Positions 26,901 to 39,252 of a DNA stretch of 64,000 bases are shown here, piece by piece. Position 1 is the first letter of the stretch. Every line of letters starts with the position of its first letter. Both the position numbers and the translations under genes were made by a program. The stretch is from the NCBI GenBank assembly GCA_002633005.1, contig NMRA01000567.1:6954-70953 (forward strand), written 5' to 3'. The stretch is from Phoronis australis. Its lineage: Eukaryota; Animalia; Phoronida. Under the pieces are notes generated by a model. It searched no databases. It was not told where the DNA came from and saw only the letters and a list, made by a program, of their open reading frames with translations.

Positions 26901-27984
26901 GTGTATAAGAGATAACGTGGGATATTATTTAACGATGACGACGGTCAAGATGATAAATGTGATGAAAAACAAATGTGCCACGGTTTACATAATGACGCGA
27001 CTGCGGAATCTGCGATGTTGGCAGTGATAATTTCAATATCAAGACATTGAAGTGACACAGTGTAAAAATGAATGGACATTGACACGTATGGTACACGAAC
27101 GGATGCAAATGACAGTCGTATTGTCTTCTGGCAGTGGTATCTTGCGATAGGGAGGTGCAGCTGTTAAATCGTCGTTTTTGACGCCTCTGCAGGTTATACC
27201 ATGAATTAACGACAGTTTGTGCTTCCAAGGTCCGTACAAAGTGGAACTGTCGCATTTTCAGGGCTACGACAATAAAAGGCTTTGTTCAATTTTTGCTGTT
27301 TTGCCAGCTAAAACGGAAGAAATACAGCTTTAATAAGTCTATCGATAGAGATGGAAAACGAAGAAATCTCGTCATGGTGACCTTTCACAGTTACCGTACC
27401 TGTAATGTGAAAATTACCAAACTAAATTTTAGTGTGTTGTTACGGGGAGATTTTATGTAGGATGAACATGTCATTTATTTACCATTAAATTATGATACAG
27501 TTACACTACAACTTAGGTTAACTATGTACATGGGAATAATATTGCATGAGAAGTATTATTATTCATTAAGTATATAGTGGTTGTTGTGTAATTAATTAAA
27601 GGTATACGTTGTTTAATGAAATTCATTGCCTCCTATGAGTACATAGAAAATGAATCAGCATATTTGTCTTTGACCATATGTGTTTATGTTATGCTGGCAG
27701 AGTTATATAACTTAAAATTCACCAGAGTTGGTCAACTTTGGGGTGTGCCAGTTCTGGCAACAACGTTAGGCTTGTTATTATTCATCACCAATTACTTAAA
27801 GGTTTGTCTGTCCGTGACCATATTTGGCGAGATCTTAGGTTCATGGTTGGAATCATATGATGTTGTTCCGAGAGTTGTTTTGGAATTATGAGTAGCATTT
27901 GGAGAAAGTTTGTGGATTGTATGTTTTGATATAACTCGCCCACCTTTATTCTGTTTGAGTAGAAGTATACTGTTATCTACTCAA

Positions 27985-28270
27985 GAAGATATATTTCGTG
28001 ACGAGAGGCAACCAGATTGCTACATAGGTATCAGATATTTCTTGGAGAGAGGCAACCAGCTTGCTACAGGGATATCGCATATATTCTTGAAGAGATGCTA
28101 CTGGTTGGCTGAGAAATATCACCAGTAATAGAAATTCGATTAACTGAATTTCAATCCGATACATTGTAGCAGAAATTCGATGGACTGAATTTCAAAGGGA
28201 TGCATTGTATCTAGAATTTGATGGACTGAATTCACGTTGACATATATGATAATCGATGGACTGAACTTCA
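27985..28270. repeat. Two adjacent minisatellites: ~44 bp x ~3 and ~41 bp x ~3.5
   Basis: GAGAGGCAACCAG(A/C)TTGCTACA at 28003 and 28047; GAAATTCGATGGACTGAATTTCAA repeated from 28130 to 28270. Confidence 0.8.
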
Positions 28271-30247
28271 TGATTGTTCCGAAACATTTCATCAAGTGAC
28301 GACTGCTTGGAATCTCCTCACAAGTGTAACACTGGATTCAAGGCCGACGCCAGGAACGGGAAACGTGATCACAGACTGACTAAATTAACCTTCTTCGTAA
28401 ATCTTTACGATAGTTCATTTAGGGAAATTCAAACATTTAGTCAACATACTCATTATTACATCCAAATCAAATTGTGTTGTTTCAACCACCTACCTGCAAG
28501 ATATTCACCACGTGACATGTGTACTTTCTAAACAGTAAATACTTCTCAATCTTAGGAGAATGGAAGAAGTGAGAACATGTTTTACTTAAAAAACAACCGA
28601 ATTTTATGAATAGATTGTTTTTCTAAATGCTGCCGCAGTGAAAGCTAAACGATTGATTGAGGGTGGGTGACTCCATGACTTTTATAAGTTTATACGTATA
28701 TATATACCTGTGCATTTGATACAGAATATGGAATCTCGAAACTGTCAACACATAAATTGATTACCTGATTAAAAATGCGAAAGTACACCGTCTGCCAATG
28801 ACTGATAAACCTGTGGTTGATATTCAAATATGCATCTCACTCTGTTAGAACAGACAGGTGCGTGATGTCGTCGTTCCTCCAAAAATTATTGTTTGGGGGG
28901 AAATGGCATTTGCAGAGCACAATTACTGCAAACGTATACGTTAAAGACATCTTACCTCCGAAATTTGTTAAGTTTCCTTTGAAGTGTTCCGATGACCAGA
29001 AAAGGGCAAAAGAACTTGGGTGACAACAGAGTACACTTACGTGTGGCCAAGTTGATGATAATCGTCGAGAGGCGGGATGACCTTGTGAGCGGTCAGTGTA
29101 TAAGTAATACTTTAGCTTCTATAATCAGATGGTGTCAGGTATTTCTGATGTTTCCACCTAAAGACCCATGTTGCCTCGTGGTCTATTGTATTTTCGTCGC
29201 CATACAGTGGACAGTTGTTTAAAGAGGTAATAAGTCCGCGTCTTCTGTCAAAAACCAACTTTTGATTGACTTCACTTGCATTGTACTGAATACAACATCG
29301 ATCTCGTCTTGATCCTTACTCAGATAAGAAGTGATTTCTAGACTTGAGAAGAAACGGTAGGTATATTACTGCTATAGGTTCGTCACGGCGGGTAAGTTAC
29401 AGTCGCCAAGACAAGTGGCCCTCAGGAGAGTTCTAGGCGGTTGATTTCAATTCAAAGAATAAGTGCTATGGTGATGCTTCGGAAGAGCAGAATACGCCTG
29501 ATAATTTAACACCAGAAAAGTATTTGAGCTACTGCCGTAAGCAATGGACTGCGTCGTGTCGGTTTGCAATAACTGTCAGATTTGAGATGCAGGAGTTACA
29601 GTTAACACTTTTGATGCCGATATTGATTTTCTTTTTTGGTCTATTTAGACATTCAACTCATGGAAATGAAGCAGAGACAGCATAACCATGAAAAAGTATT
29701 ACGTTTACTTCATTCTTCACACTTGTGTGTGACAAAGACAACGCAGCAGGGAGACACTCAATTTCTGGAAATGAGGTTGAAAATATTGACAAGGTGTTGC
29801 GCCATTGCAACTTTCAGATACTGAATGTTTGCAATTTTTGAAGTTTTAGACCGTGTAAAATAATTCTATAACATAAAATCTGACTAAAGTAGTTGGTGAC
29901 TTATTTTCGGGAAAATTGAGATTTTTTTGTTTTCAGGCCAAGTGATGTTCTTGGTTAATCAATTTACAGCAAGTACGCAATGGCGGATGGTAGAGGTTTT
30001 ACAAGTTACGAAGACTTAGAGAGCGATTTTGACGAGACGGCACTCAGGCCATAGGTGAAACAGACAATGAGAAAGACCTCGCCATATTGGCAGACTTTTT
30101 CAGCCGATTTAATAAAAGTGGTTTAAAGTTAAACCTGGTTTAAACTGGACTTAGACCAGGCTTAAAGATAATCTGCATTTCATAAAGGTGGCTTAACTTT
30201 TAGACCAGTGGTCTAGTAAAACCTGGTTTAACTCCAAGTTAGACCTG

Positions 30248-30648
30248 GGCCCGGTCTCCAATCTTTTTACTCGAAATGGAACTCGAAATTAGGTTTGGCA
30301 TTTTCTACTCTACTTTTGGGCGAACTCAAGATAAGTGTCTATCATTCTATGCTCGAGTACACAATAACTTACGTAGATAATTTATTGGCCTTAGTTCACA
30401 GTTTGTAAACCCAATATTAAAGCAATAAGTTCGAGTTTGAACTCGAAATTTCGAGTTTTTACTAGAGTTTGTAGCACGAATATAAGGATCTTCAAGGGCA
30501 AACTTGAACTAGAAACTCCTATGCATAAACTATAATGTATTCGAGCACAGTCTGATAACCAATTATCTTAAGTTCGCACAAAAGTAGCAGAGAAATAGCC
30601 AAAAATAGTTTCGAGTTCGTTTCGAGTACAAAGATTAGAGACCGGGCC
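30248..30648. mobile_element. Palindromic Harbinger-type MITE nested in 30101-31678
   Basis: About 40-bp TIR GGCCCGGTCTC(C/T)AATCTTT(T/G)TACTCGAAA; CTG TSD on both sides; internal inverted symmetry; related copy at ~57779-58100. Confidence 0.85.
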
Positions 30649-30888
30649 CTGGTCTAAGTCAGTTTTCATTTCAACAACGAAGTCAATATTCTTTAGATCT
30701 GTATGAAGATCTTAAACCAGGTTTAACTTTAGACTTGATCAGACCTAGGTTTAACTGTTAAATATGACAGACTTGCATGATATAGGTGCAACTGAATGAG
30801 GCCGCGGTGTGCATTTACGACGCAGTTTTAGAGCGAAAATGGACTATTTTCAATATTCAGTTTTACGACGACACAAGATCAAACGCAG

Positions 30889-31043
30889 CAGGGGCGGATC
30901 CACGACTTTTAAGGGGAGGGAGTCGGTCAAGGACTTTTTAAAAGGGGGGACCAAGTCAACAATTTGAAAATTATAGATTTGATCTCACTAAAATCAAGCA
31001 AAAAGGGAGTCCGGACCCCTTGACCCCCTTGGATCCGCCTATG
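30889..31043. mobile_element. hAT5-like MITE nested in 30101-31678
   Basis: TIR CAGGGGCGGATCCA / TGGATCCGCCTATG; flanks CGCAG and TGTAG fit a 5-bp TSD with two C>T changes. Confidence 0.7.
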
Positions 31044-32579
31044 TGTAGACCAGTTCGTGCTGGATAGTGCCCTGCGGATTCTTCAGAATACGGCTGGTCG
31101 AGCAGGGCGTCATCGTCATAAGCGCTACAGGTTTGACTGAAGACAGCATTTTCTGATTCTTCTGAGTTCCACCTCCATTAGTCTCCGACTTAATGTTGAC
31201 GGGAAGGGGTCTTGCCCCCCCCCTTTGGCCGCGAAAAATAAACACTAAAATGGCACGGAAATAAATTTGGACATTTATGATATTACGGATAATCTTGAGC
31301 ATGTACTTTAATGTGTGTATACGTGTGTTGGTCACCCACATTACATTTTTCCTCATGAGAAAAGCTTTTACACCTTTTTCGCAAATGTCTGCACTGATTC
31401 TACTAGTGTGTGACATTGTATACCCAAGTGATCAAGGTTTCATTGAAGCACTTCAATAGTTTCTTTGTTGGGTTAATCCAGATCGACACAGCAGGGTGGC
31501 TTATATACTTTAAACCTGGTTTTACTAAACTTGCTCCCTGGTCTAACAAAACCAGGCTTTCAGACTTTTAAACCACGTTGGTGAAATGCAAATTGGGTCT
31601 AAAGTTAGACCAGGTGTAGGAAGACCAGGTTTAAATCTTAAACCTGGTTTTGTTAAACCACCTTTATGAATTCGGCTGTTTGTATTTGAGGCCGTACTAA
31701 CTCGAACCTCTCGCACCAGCTAGTGAAGCCGAGTCGTAGCCTGTCAAGTCTGCGGACAGTCCTGGTTTCACAGTTGACATTATTTTCTGGGTGGTAATTA
31801 TAGTATTTTATTGAATCACAATTTAATTGTCTAATAATATGTAATATGTGTATTTATCGAATTGTGAACCTGTAACTTAACAGTACCCTGGGTGTCAAAG
31901 TTCAGTCGTGAATGTAGCAGGCACTGGATTTCATTTCTTCAAATGCCGAGTGCGTTCGTAAGGAAATATGATATCGGATTATTGTAATGTTAACTGGATT
32001 CTATTTCTGATAAATGATACTCGGTTCTATTTTGTCAGTTCCAAATTTAGGAAAGCTTTGTACAGTTGTGATTTGTCGATTATTTTGGTGGAGTGCTCGA
32101 CTACTGCCGCTGTGCGGCTGCGGTAGTGACTTCAAACTATTTGCGTGACGTCCACGTGTACATTCCGAATACGTGGATAGCGTGCATTCCCACAACAATC
32201 TCGAACAAAAATAGACTGTCGAAAATTGTCTTACTACAATCGCAATTTGGTGCTGAGGCTAATACTCAATATGTGCTTCACAACCACCTTCCAACTATGG
32301 TGCAACACACTAAATGTACATCAACACTGAGCAAATGCACTCACAGGTTGGAGAAGCCATCAAATCTCCGTTTCTGCAACGGGTCGAAGCAAAGATTCTT
32401 CAAAATGGGCTGAGCATAGCGTGGTCCCTGAACTCTACTTTTTCATCTGACAACTTGACTTAGCCGTTTTACACTTTGCACATTCCTATCATGAGAAGTA
32501 CGCGTTTCTGTTGTAATTGTCTTGGAAAATGGCTTGCTACTTGCTAAGTACCTTTTAAACGAATTAGGGAAGACAAGCA

Positions 32580-32800
32580 TGAGCTTTTACAATGATCCTG
32601 GAATGCCCTATTGAGATGAAAACATTAGGGACACCCCGTCTGGCTATGACATTATCACGGTCATCACTAATATTCGATTCCATCCAATAGTTGTAAATGT
32701 CACCATACATAACATTCGGCCACTCACAAATATCGTCTTTCCATGATAAAGTGACCTCAAATTCCAATGTTGTAGATGACTTTACTTCAACTAACCGATG
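32580..32800 (-). pseudogene. Relic of the SWIM/YqaJ partner protein of ISL2EU-like transposons
   Basis: SWKDDICEWPNVMYGDIYNYW matches the WxDDxxxWPxVxYGDIxNYL motif found N-terminal to the SWIM finger in these proteins. Confidence 0.55.
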
Positions 32801-34182
32801 CAGATTGGGCGTTATATGGAAAATTCAAAGTGGTTTGAGATATCACTCTAACTAATGTATTAGGAACTTCTGACAGTGACGGTGAGAATATGAACTAAAT
32901 AGCAAACAGGTAAAATACAGAAGACCAATCAGAACGCTTGCTAAATGATAAACTGACCAAAAAAGGAGTCCCTTGAACTGAAATGTTTCCCCACATGACT
33001 TCCTAGTAAGCGGACAGTAGGCTTGACTTAAGTGCCAAGGACGGGGCGATGAAACTTCACGGTATGCTAAGCACAAAGCAATGCACTAAGGTAACTGGCA
33101 TTTATGGAAGACACGGAAACGGACCTTAATAAACAAATATAATGAAGAGACATACTTCGGAGTTCCAAATAATTACTTTCGTCAGGGAAAACGACTACTG
33201 CTTGTATTAGTGAAAACTGCTTCAAATGAAAATAGTATGACCAACGCTGGAGTACCTACATTTAAAATAAGTAAACCTAGGTTAGAATAATAAACAAACA
33301 TGCTGAACAGCTATTCTGTTTTTGTTTCTAACATGTAGTCTAATAGTTGACTTTCGGTATGAGAACCATGTAACTGTTTTGTAAACTATATTATGAAGTT
33401 ACACGATCTCTGTCTATAGAATCAAGCAAAAATATAAAGATTTATAAAGGTACATCGGCATTAATCAAGGGAAATGACTGTTTGCTCTAGCGACCCAATC
33501 GGACGCCATTATAAAGGTGAAGAGGACTGATTGAAATTGGAAGGTATAAAATCATATGCGACTGACACGCCAGTGAATAATCCAATAAATTACTATGTGA
33601 AGATATCTGAACTTGTAATTACGTTAAGTCGATAATAATCAGTTGCGGCACTCAAACGTGTTTTGTGTGGGTAGTCCTACGGTAAACTTTCTTTATTTCG
33701 TGCAACGGTAATGGCAACCCGCAAAGTGGAATACTATTCGCCTCGCATCTGTGTATATTGTCCGTTTTTGATTTCCAAAAACAAGAGACGATTGAGATGG
33801 ATGGCACATCCTGTTCGCTGATACACGGATGAAATTTAAACTTCAACAAGGGACTATGATCGGGTTCTGGACTATAGTCATGCATCAACAACGACATTTC
33901 CTAAAACAAAATAATGTAACCCTCATCAACCCTCATATATTGAGCAATTTTTGAAAACTTGGAAGTCTGCATGACATTTTTTGTTGACAAGCTGGACTAA
34001 ATTGGTAAAGACCACTGACAAGGAACCACTATCTGACGCGGTGAGTTACTGGCGTTAGATGATTCAGTGCTCACTGATTTTACCGTTCAAGTGAGACACA
34101 AACGGTGCAAAATCAGGGGGCAGTATGAGGGTTGGTTGAAATCACCAAGAAACAGGGATTATTACCCATGATTTCAGTGAAA

Positions 34183-35658
34183 TAGTTCAGTCATTCTAGG
34201 GCTCCAGAGGGCCCAACCTAGAAAAAATTGCAACAGAAGGTTTTTTGCATGAATGGCATCTTCAAACATCCCTTGGTGTCAGAAAAAAAAATCTACCGAA
34301 ATCGGAGTGGCGGAAGTCGGTTTTTCAAGATGGCCGACAAAATGGCCGACAAAACCGGTGATTACTGTTTTCTGGCATATTACTCTTATGTAACAGCTAA
34401 AAATAAAACAATAAAGTTTGTCATTGATTATATACTTTTCATAACAGGCATACCAATCAAAAGATGCCAATTTTCCGTAAAATAAAACCAATATGGCCGA
34501 CAAAATGGCGGCCGAAACGGCAATTTGGTACATGTTGCAAGATTTCTTTTTATATTTTGCCCTGAAAATGGCAAAAGTTTTATTCTTTTGTAAGTTAGAC
34601 AATTGAAAATATCTGGACCTTACAATTGGTCACTGGTTTGCGAGAAAAAATTCAAGATGGCTGACAAAATGGCCGCCAAAANTTTCAATTTCCAGCAAAC
34701 ACGGTGATGCATGTAATCGACGGCGGTTCTTTCCTTCACCGTATTCCATGGCCTAGAGGTGCAATGTATCAGTCATTTGGTAGAGCTTATGTGGATTACA
34801 TCAGCAAGTGCACCCACCCTATTGTTGTTTTTGATGGTTACTGAGATGGACCATCAACTAAAGATGTCTCTCATGTTCGAAGACTGTGTGGGGTGGTTGG
34901 AACTTCAATGGTGACATGGTGATCAAGTAAAAAAGGAACATTTTTGGCAAAAAACAAAAACAAACGATTCACTCACTTCTTGTCAAGTTTGCTAAGACAT
35001 GCTGATTGCACAGTGGTACAAGCTCAAGGTGACGCAGATGTTTTAATTGTAGAAACAGCAGTAGAGAACGCAGCGCAAGGTCCAACTACCCTTATTGCAG
35101 ACGATAAAGACTTGTTGGTTCTTTAGCGTTACCATGCTACTTCACAACAAATTTCATGTTCATGAAATTTGACAAGAGACACCAAAGCAAGAGGAGAGTC
35201 TGGGACATCAAGGAACTACAGTTGTCTCTTGGTGCCAAAACTTGCGCAGTTTTGCCATTTGCGCATGCAATAGGTGGTTGCAACACAACATTACAGCTGT
35301 TCGGTATTAGCAAAGGCTCTCCCATTCAAGAAACTGCGTGATCGAAAATTCTGCAAAACTCTAGTAAGAGTATTCAGTAGACACATGCAGCTGAAGCAAG
35401 ACATATTTGAAGCTGGTAAGAGTTGTATCTGTGCTTCATGGCGGTACTGGCTCTGGAAATTTGGATGACTTGCAATAGTTGTAGTGCGCATCAGAAAATC
35501 TGGCGGCCATTTTGTCCGCCATCTTGAAAAACCAACTTCCGCCACTCCGATTCCGGTAGACTTTTTTTTTCCCAGTAAGGGGTGCGAAAGGATACGATTT
35601 ATGCAATAAAACCTTCTGTTGCAATTTTTTCCGGGTTATCCGTAGAATGACTGGACTA
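34183..35658 (+). mobile_element. Internally deleted AcademX-type transposon with an XPG/PIN nuclease pseudogene
   Basis: TAG...CTA termini, ~160-bp TIRs with CAAGATGGCCGAC/AAAATGGCGGC repeats, and 3-bp AAA flanks. Internal 34700-35480 reads VIDGGSFLHRIPWPRG..IVVFDGY*DGPSTKD..QAQGDADVLIV..DDKDLLVL..HAIGGCNTTLQLFGISK, which are the FEN1/XPG catalytic motifs. Confidence 0.8.
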
Positions 35659-38600
35659 AAACACACAGAAACGGTAATGGACGTGGTTGAGTTAAAACCC
35701 AGCTGAGGAATTATTAACTAATTAACAAATAAAAATCGACATAACTGCAATCGTGTACGCCTGTTGACCATTGTGAATGTACGAGACGTCGTGGTGGCCT
35801 GGTTCATAAAATCTCGTAACGTGGAAGTCGCACCCTTGTGACTGATGGTCGCAGCAGCTGGGTTATAAAATAGGTCAATTGTCTGCTGGTTCAGTATAAC
35901 TTGTTGCAACACAATGTACGGGTAGTGTAAACTTATAACAGCTCAACGACAACTGCGACTTGGTTTAGCGTCTGCAAAAAGGTTACGACTGATTCGTTGC
36001 GACTTCACTACACGTGAACCAGGTTAAAGTCGCAGACTTTGTTTTTTTATGCGAGCCAAACAGATACAAACGTATGCATTTATTAATGTATTATTTATTA
36101 GTAATTTATAAGAAAAGTAGAGAGGCTAGTGGAGGTGTAGTCTTCTTTTACCACCTCGGCCCCACTGGCACTGAAGTGCAATCATTTGGTGTGTACGTAT
36201 CGATGCTTCGGATGAGGAAGATGTGAACAAACCAAAAATTGGAGAAGTATAAAAAAATGATAGGCAAACAGAAAACGCCCGGCGTTTTAACCACGCGTGA
36301 TATAGTAATGTCTATATAATTAATATGCGACGTGTGAACGCATCTCAACGTTCTTCACTTCAAATATCAGCCAGTTAAAAGTATGCAGAGATTAAAATGC
36401 TATAATTCATCGGGTCCAGTACACATTGAAAGAATCTTTGACGTCACCAGGTACTAATTATCCAGAGAACAAACAACAAGTCATTGAAATGACAATCGCG
36501 CAGCCTCAAAAACAAAAAGCAAAGACAATAGGTGCAAGTAATCACTGTGTGTCTACATGTATGTCTTGAAGAGACGATATATGACACGTGTCGAGATCGG
36601 ATAAAATTAGACAATGTGGAAGAAGTGTTTTACCTGTTTTTACATTGTCCATATAAAGAGTCCAGCGTTTGGTGCATGAAGAGACTAGATATGTCCCTGG
36701 TAAGATGACTGGAAGAGATAACGACCATGTTGATGTGGCTACATAGAATTGGACTGTTTTATAGGTTACGACGCACGTAACGTGTCTTAAAGGGCCGGGA
36801 GGGATCACGTGAATGACACTCGCAGATCACTTTCTAAACATCAACATCAACATCAAAATACATTTCTTGACAGTTTTAAAAAAATGCCGGGCAGTTTTGG
36901 AAAATTTTGCTGCGCATGCCTTCATTGCGAATTCAAGGGAGACGAATGGCCAGCGAATATTGAACCAATTTTGTTTAACTCTTATATTGACGTTAAAGCC
37001 TTTTTGAATAAAGGCTATGTTTCGAAGCCAGAGAGTGGGACTTGCTTCGGTCTCGGGACAAGAGCAAAAGTAACAGAACCTCGTACTAAAAAAACTATAA
37101 AAGCTGCATAATTTAACAAAGTCTTGAATGATGTTTACATCATGTGATCACACTCCTCCGCCGATTGGTCGGTCAGACACCACATTGATTAACACCTGGA
37201 CGAGTGGTTAATTGCTTGCCCAGAATGCAAATGAAGCATGGAGAAAACGTGCACGGGACATAGCATGCAGGTTGTTTCAGCTATGTAAAATACCCGCGTT
37301 ATGACAGTATACAGATCAGTTATGATCAATAGCACAGACCGGGTCGCCTATGAAATTGTAGTAGCAGTGTGCTCTCTCATGGCAAAAACTTTTGACGTTT
37401 TTGACCTTTCATTTGTGTCCCATGTATCGCCATCTTTGAAAACCATGATTGTGATTCATGTTTAATTAATTACTTGAAAGAGAAGATTCACCGCTGCTAA
37501 ATTGATGGATTAAAGTTTCAAGTTTGTGATTTTTTATTTATTCTTTACTTAGATTGAGTGGCTTGCTCAGTGGGCACCACTCCATTTAAACGGTGCTTAG
37601 TTAAAAATATGTACAAGAGACACAATGAATAATACAAACGTAAACATTGCTAAGTGAATTTAATAAAGTGTTCATACAGAGAACGGTCGCAGAACTCTTG
37701 CGGAAATGGCCGAGCATTTACGGAATGAAGCATACACACGTAGAGGTAAAAATATTTACTGAAAAAAGCGTTTATCCTGAACAACAGATAACCACAAGTG
37801 GGTGTACGCAGGTGCAATTAGCAACAGCTAAAAGCCACAATTTCACTTCAGATTAATGCACTTTACCGTCATGTGAAGGAAGTCGATGACTCTCCACTGA
37901 GCTGATAACGTTAGCCACGCCTCCAACAGCGTGGAACACCCGAAAACGAACAATACGAATAGTTTTGTTTACAAAAAAGCAATAGTCCTTTGAATGCTAT
38001 GGATTGTTTCGTCAATATCACAAACTGTCTGATCGATACATGTCTAATACACTGCATGCATGTATCCTACCCTAGTCGACCTATAATTCACTTTACATTG
38101 GCTGTTTTGATTTTTTGTTGGTTATTGGAGTGGATTTCATAAATCAGATCAAAACCTACAGGCTTGTCACTGAAACAGGCTTGGCCTTTCACCCAATACG
38201 CCTAAAATTATCTATTATTCTCCTAAAATTTTTAATTGGTATTCAAAAACAAAACATTTGTTCTGTGCTATATAGACTTATGTTCGTTTTGCTTTTTGTA
38301 CTTCAGTTGCGAATGTAGGCTCACATGCATGTTGTGAACGGTTTCAGTCTTGTCTAGTATACAAATATATACCGATACCATACCCCGGCGGATGTCATTG
38401 CTCTCCCGAAGACCAGCGAAGTACTTTTGATTCCGCGTAGTAATGGCAGCACCTTCAAGCCCACTCTCCGTGTATACTGCGTTTTGTTGGTAAATGCACG
38501 GTACTGATATAAACCTTGTCCTGCAGATTGTATCTTCGTATTATGCTGGTTATAGGAAACTAATTCATTATTTACAGAATAAAAACAAAATAACAACCCA

Positions 38601-39252
38601 ACGGTGTTTTGTGTATTCTCGACAGCCTTTTTAAATGCTAAAGTTAAACGACGTCTATCAAGCTGACTTTCACTTGACTTTCAAATAAGGAAGTTACGCA
38701 ATCAGGAACTTACAAAATATTTTTCGCTTTCACGAAGCCGATGGCGCGCTGAAGGCTGGAACGAGGCTACTAAACTACTAGCCTATATCTTGAGCAAAAA
38801 TGCGGCCGTTGAAGTGATTGGTCGAGGAGCTTGAACTGTGAAACATAATTCACTGGGAATATTTTGGTCACAAGCAGTGCAAGTTATGGTCTTACGGTCT
38901 ACGGAACACAGCCCTGTGTTCGTTTTTCACAGGTTTCAAGACATTATCTATTTCCGGTTGGTTTATACGAGCGTGGCAAACTTCTTGAAATCTTTGACTT
39001 TGTATAATTCTTCCAGTTCCTACAACGCAGATAATTTAGGTTATTTAACGAAATGGCTTTCAGACTGTAGATTTGCAGCACGTTATATTTGTCTATACAA
39101 TTAACTCCTGTTCGAACATCAATTTTGTTTGTAAATTTCGCACGCTTACTGGCAGACAATTTACCACGAGCCCGCAAATTCTATTTCGTGCTCGAAGAGC
39201 CAATTACGACAACAACGTGAGCATTACTTTTTGTATTTCTTCTGTTTTGTAG

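Larger units (their letters stand above)
30101..31678 (+). mobile_element. Harbinger-derived non-autonomous element
   Basis: TIR CAGCCGATTTAATAAAAGTGGTTTAA / TTAAACCACCTTTATGAATTCGGCTG, TTT on both flanks, and many AAACCTGGTTT/AGACCAGG subterminal repeats. Internal LRRSFRAKMDYFQYS (+) and RISADICEK (-) resemble Harbinger transposase and Myb-protein relics. Confidence 0.75.
29223..32554. mobile_element. Tentative Kolobok relic (KolX/P2X7-ballast-like ORF on +, THAP on -) interrupted by later insertions
   Basis: Acidic ORF start at 29980; removing the insert at 30101-31678 plus one TTT restores ILADFLYLRPY*LEP (the PYxFEP motif of KolX). THAP motif TTLCSAHFEES on - at ~32393-32426. TTAA at 29219 and 32555, but the TIR match is weak. 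Confidence 0.45.
6379..39252 (+). other. 32.9-kb phase-1 intron of the THIK gene, rich in transposon relics
   Basis: GTAAGT donor and TAG acceptor join the exons into a continuous THIK reading frame with no missing domain. Vertebrate KCNK12/13 are also split by one large intron in P1. Confidence 0.9.

Noticed and set aside
27985-28270. Regularly spaced short repeats resembling a CRISPR array
   Set aside because: Units are degenerate over their full length with no unique spacers, there are no cas genes, and the context is eukaryotic; these are ordinary minisatellites.
34228-35666. Pair of ORFs sharing YRNRSGGS.FFKMADKMA
   Set aside because: Translation of the two Academ TIRs, not duplicated genes.
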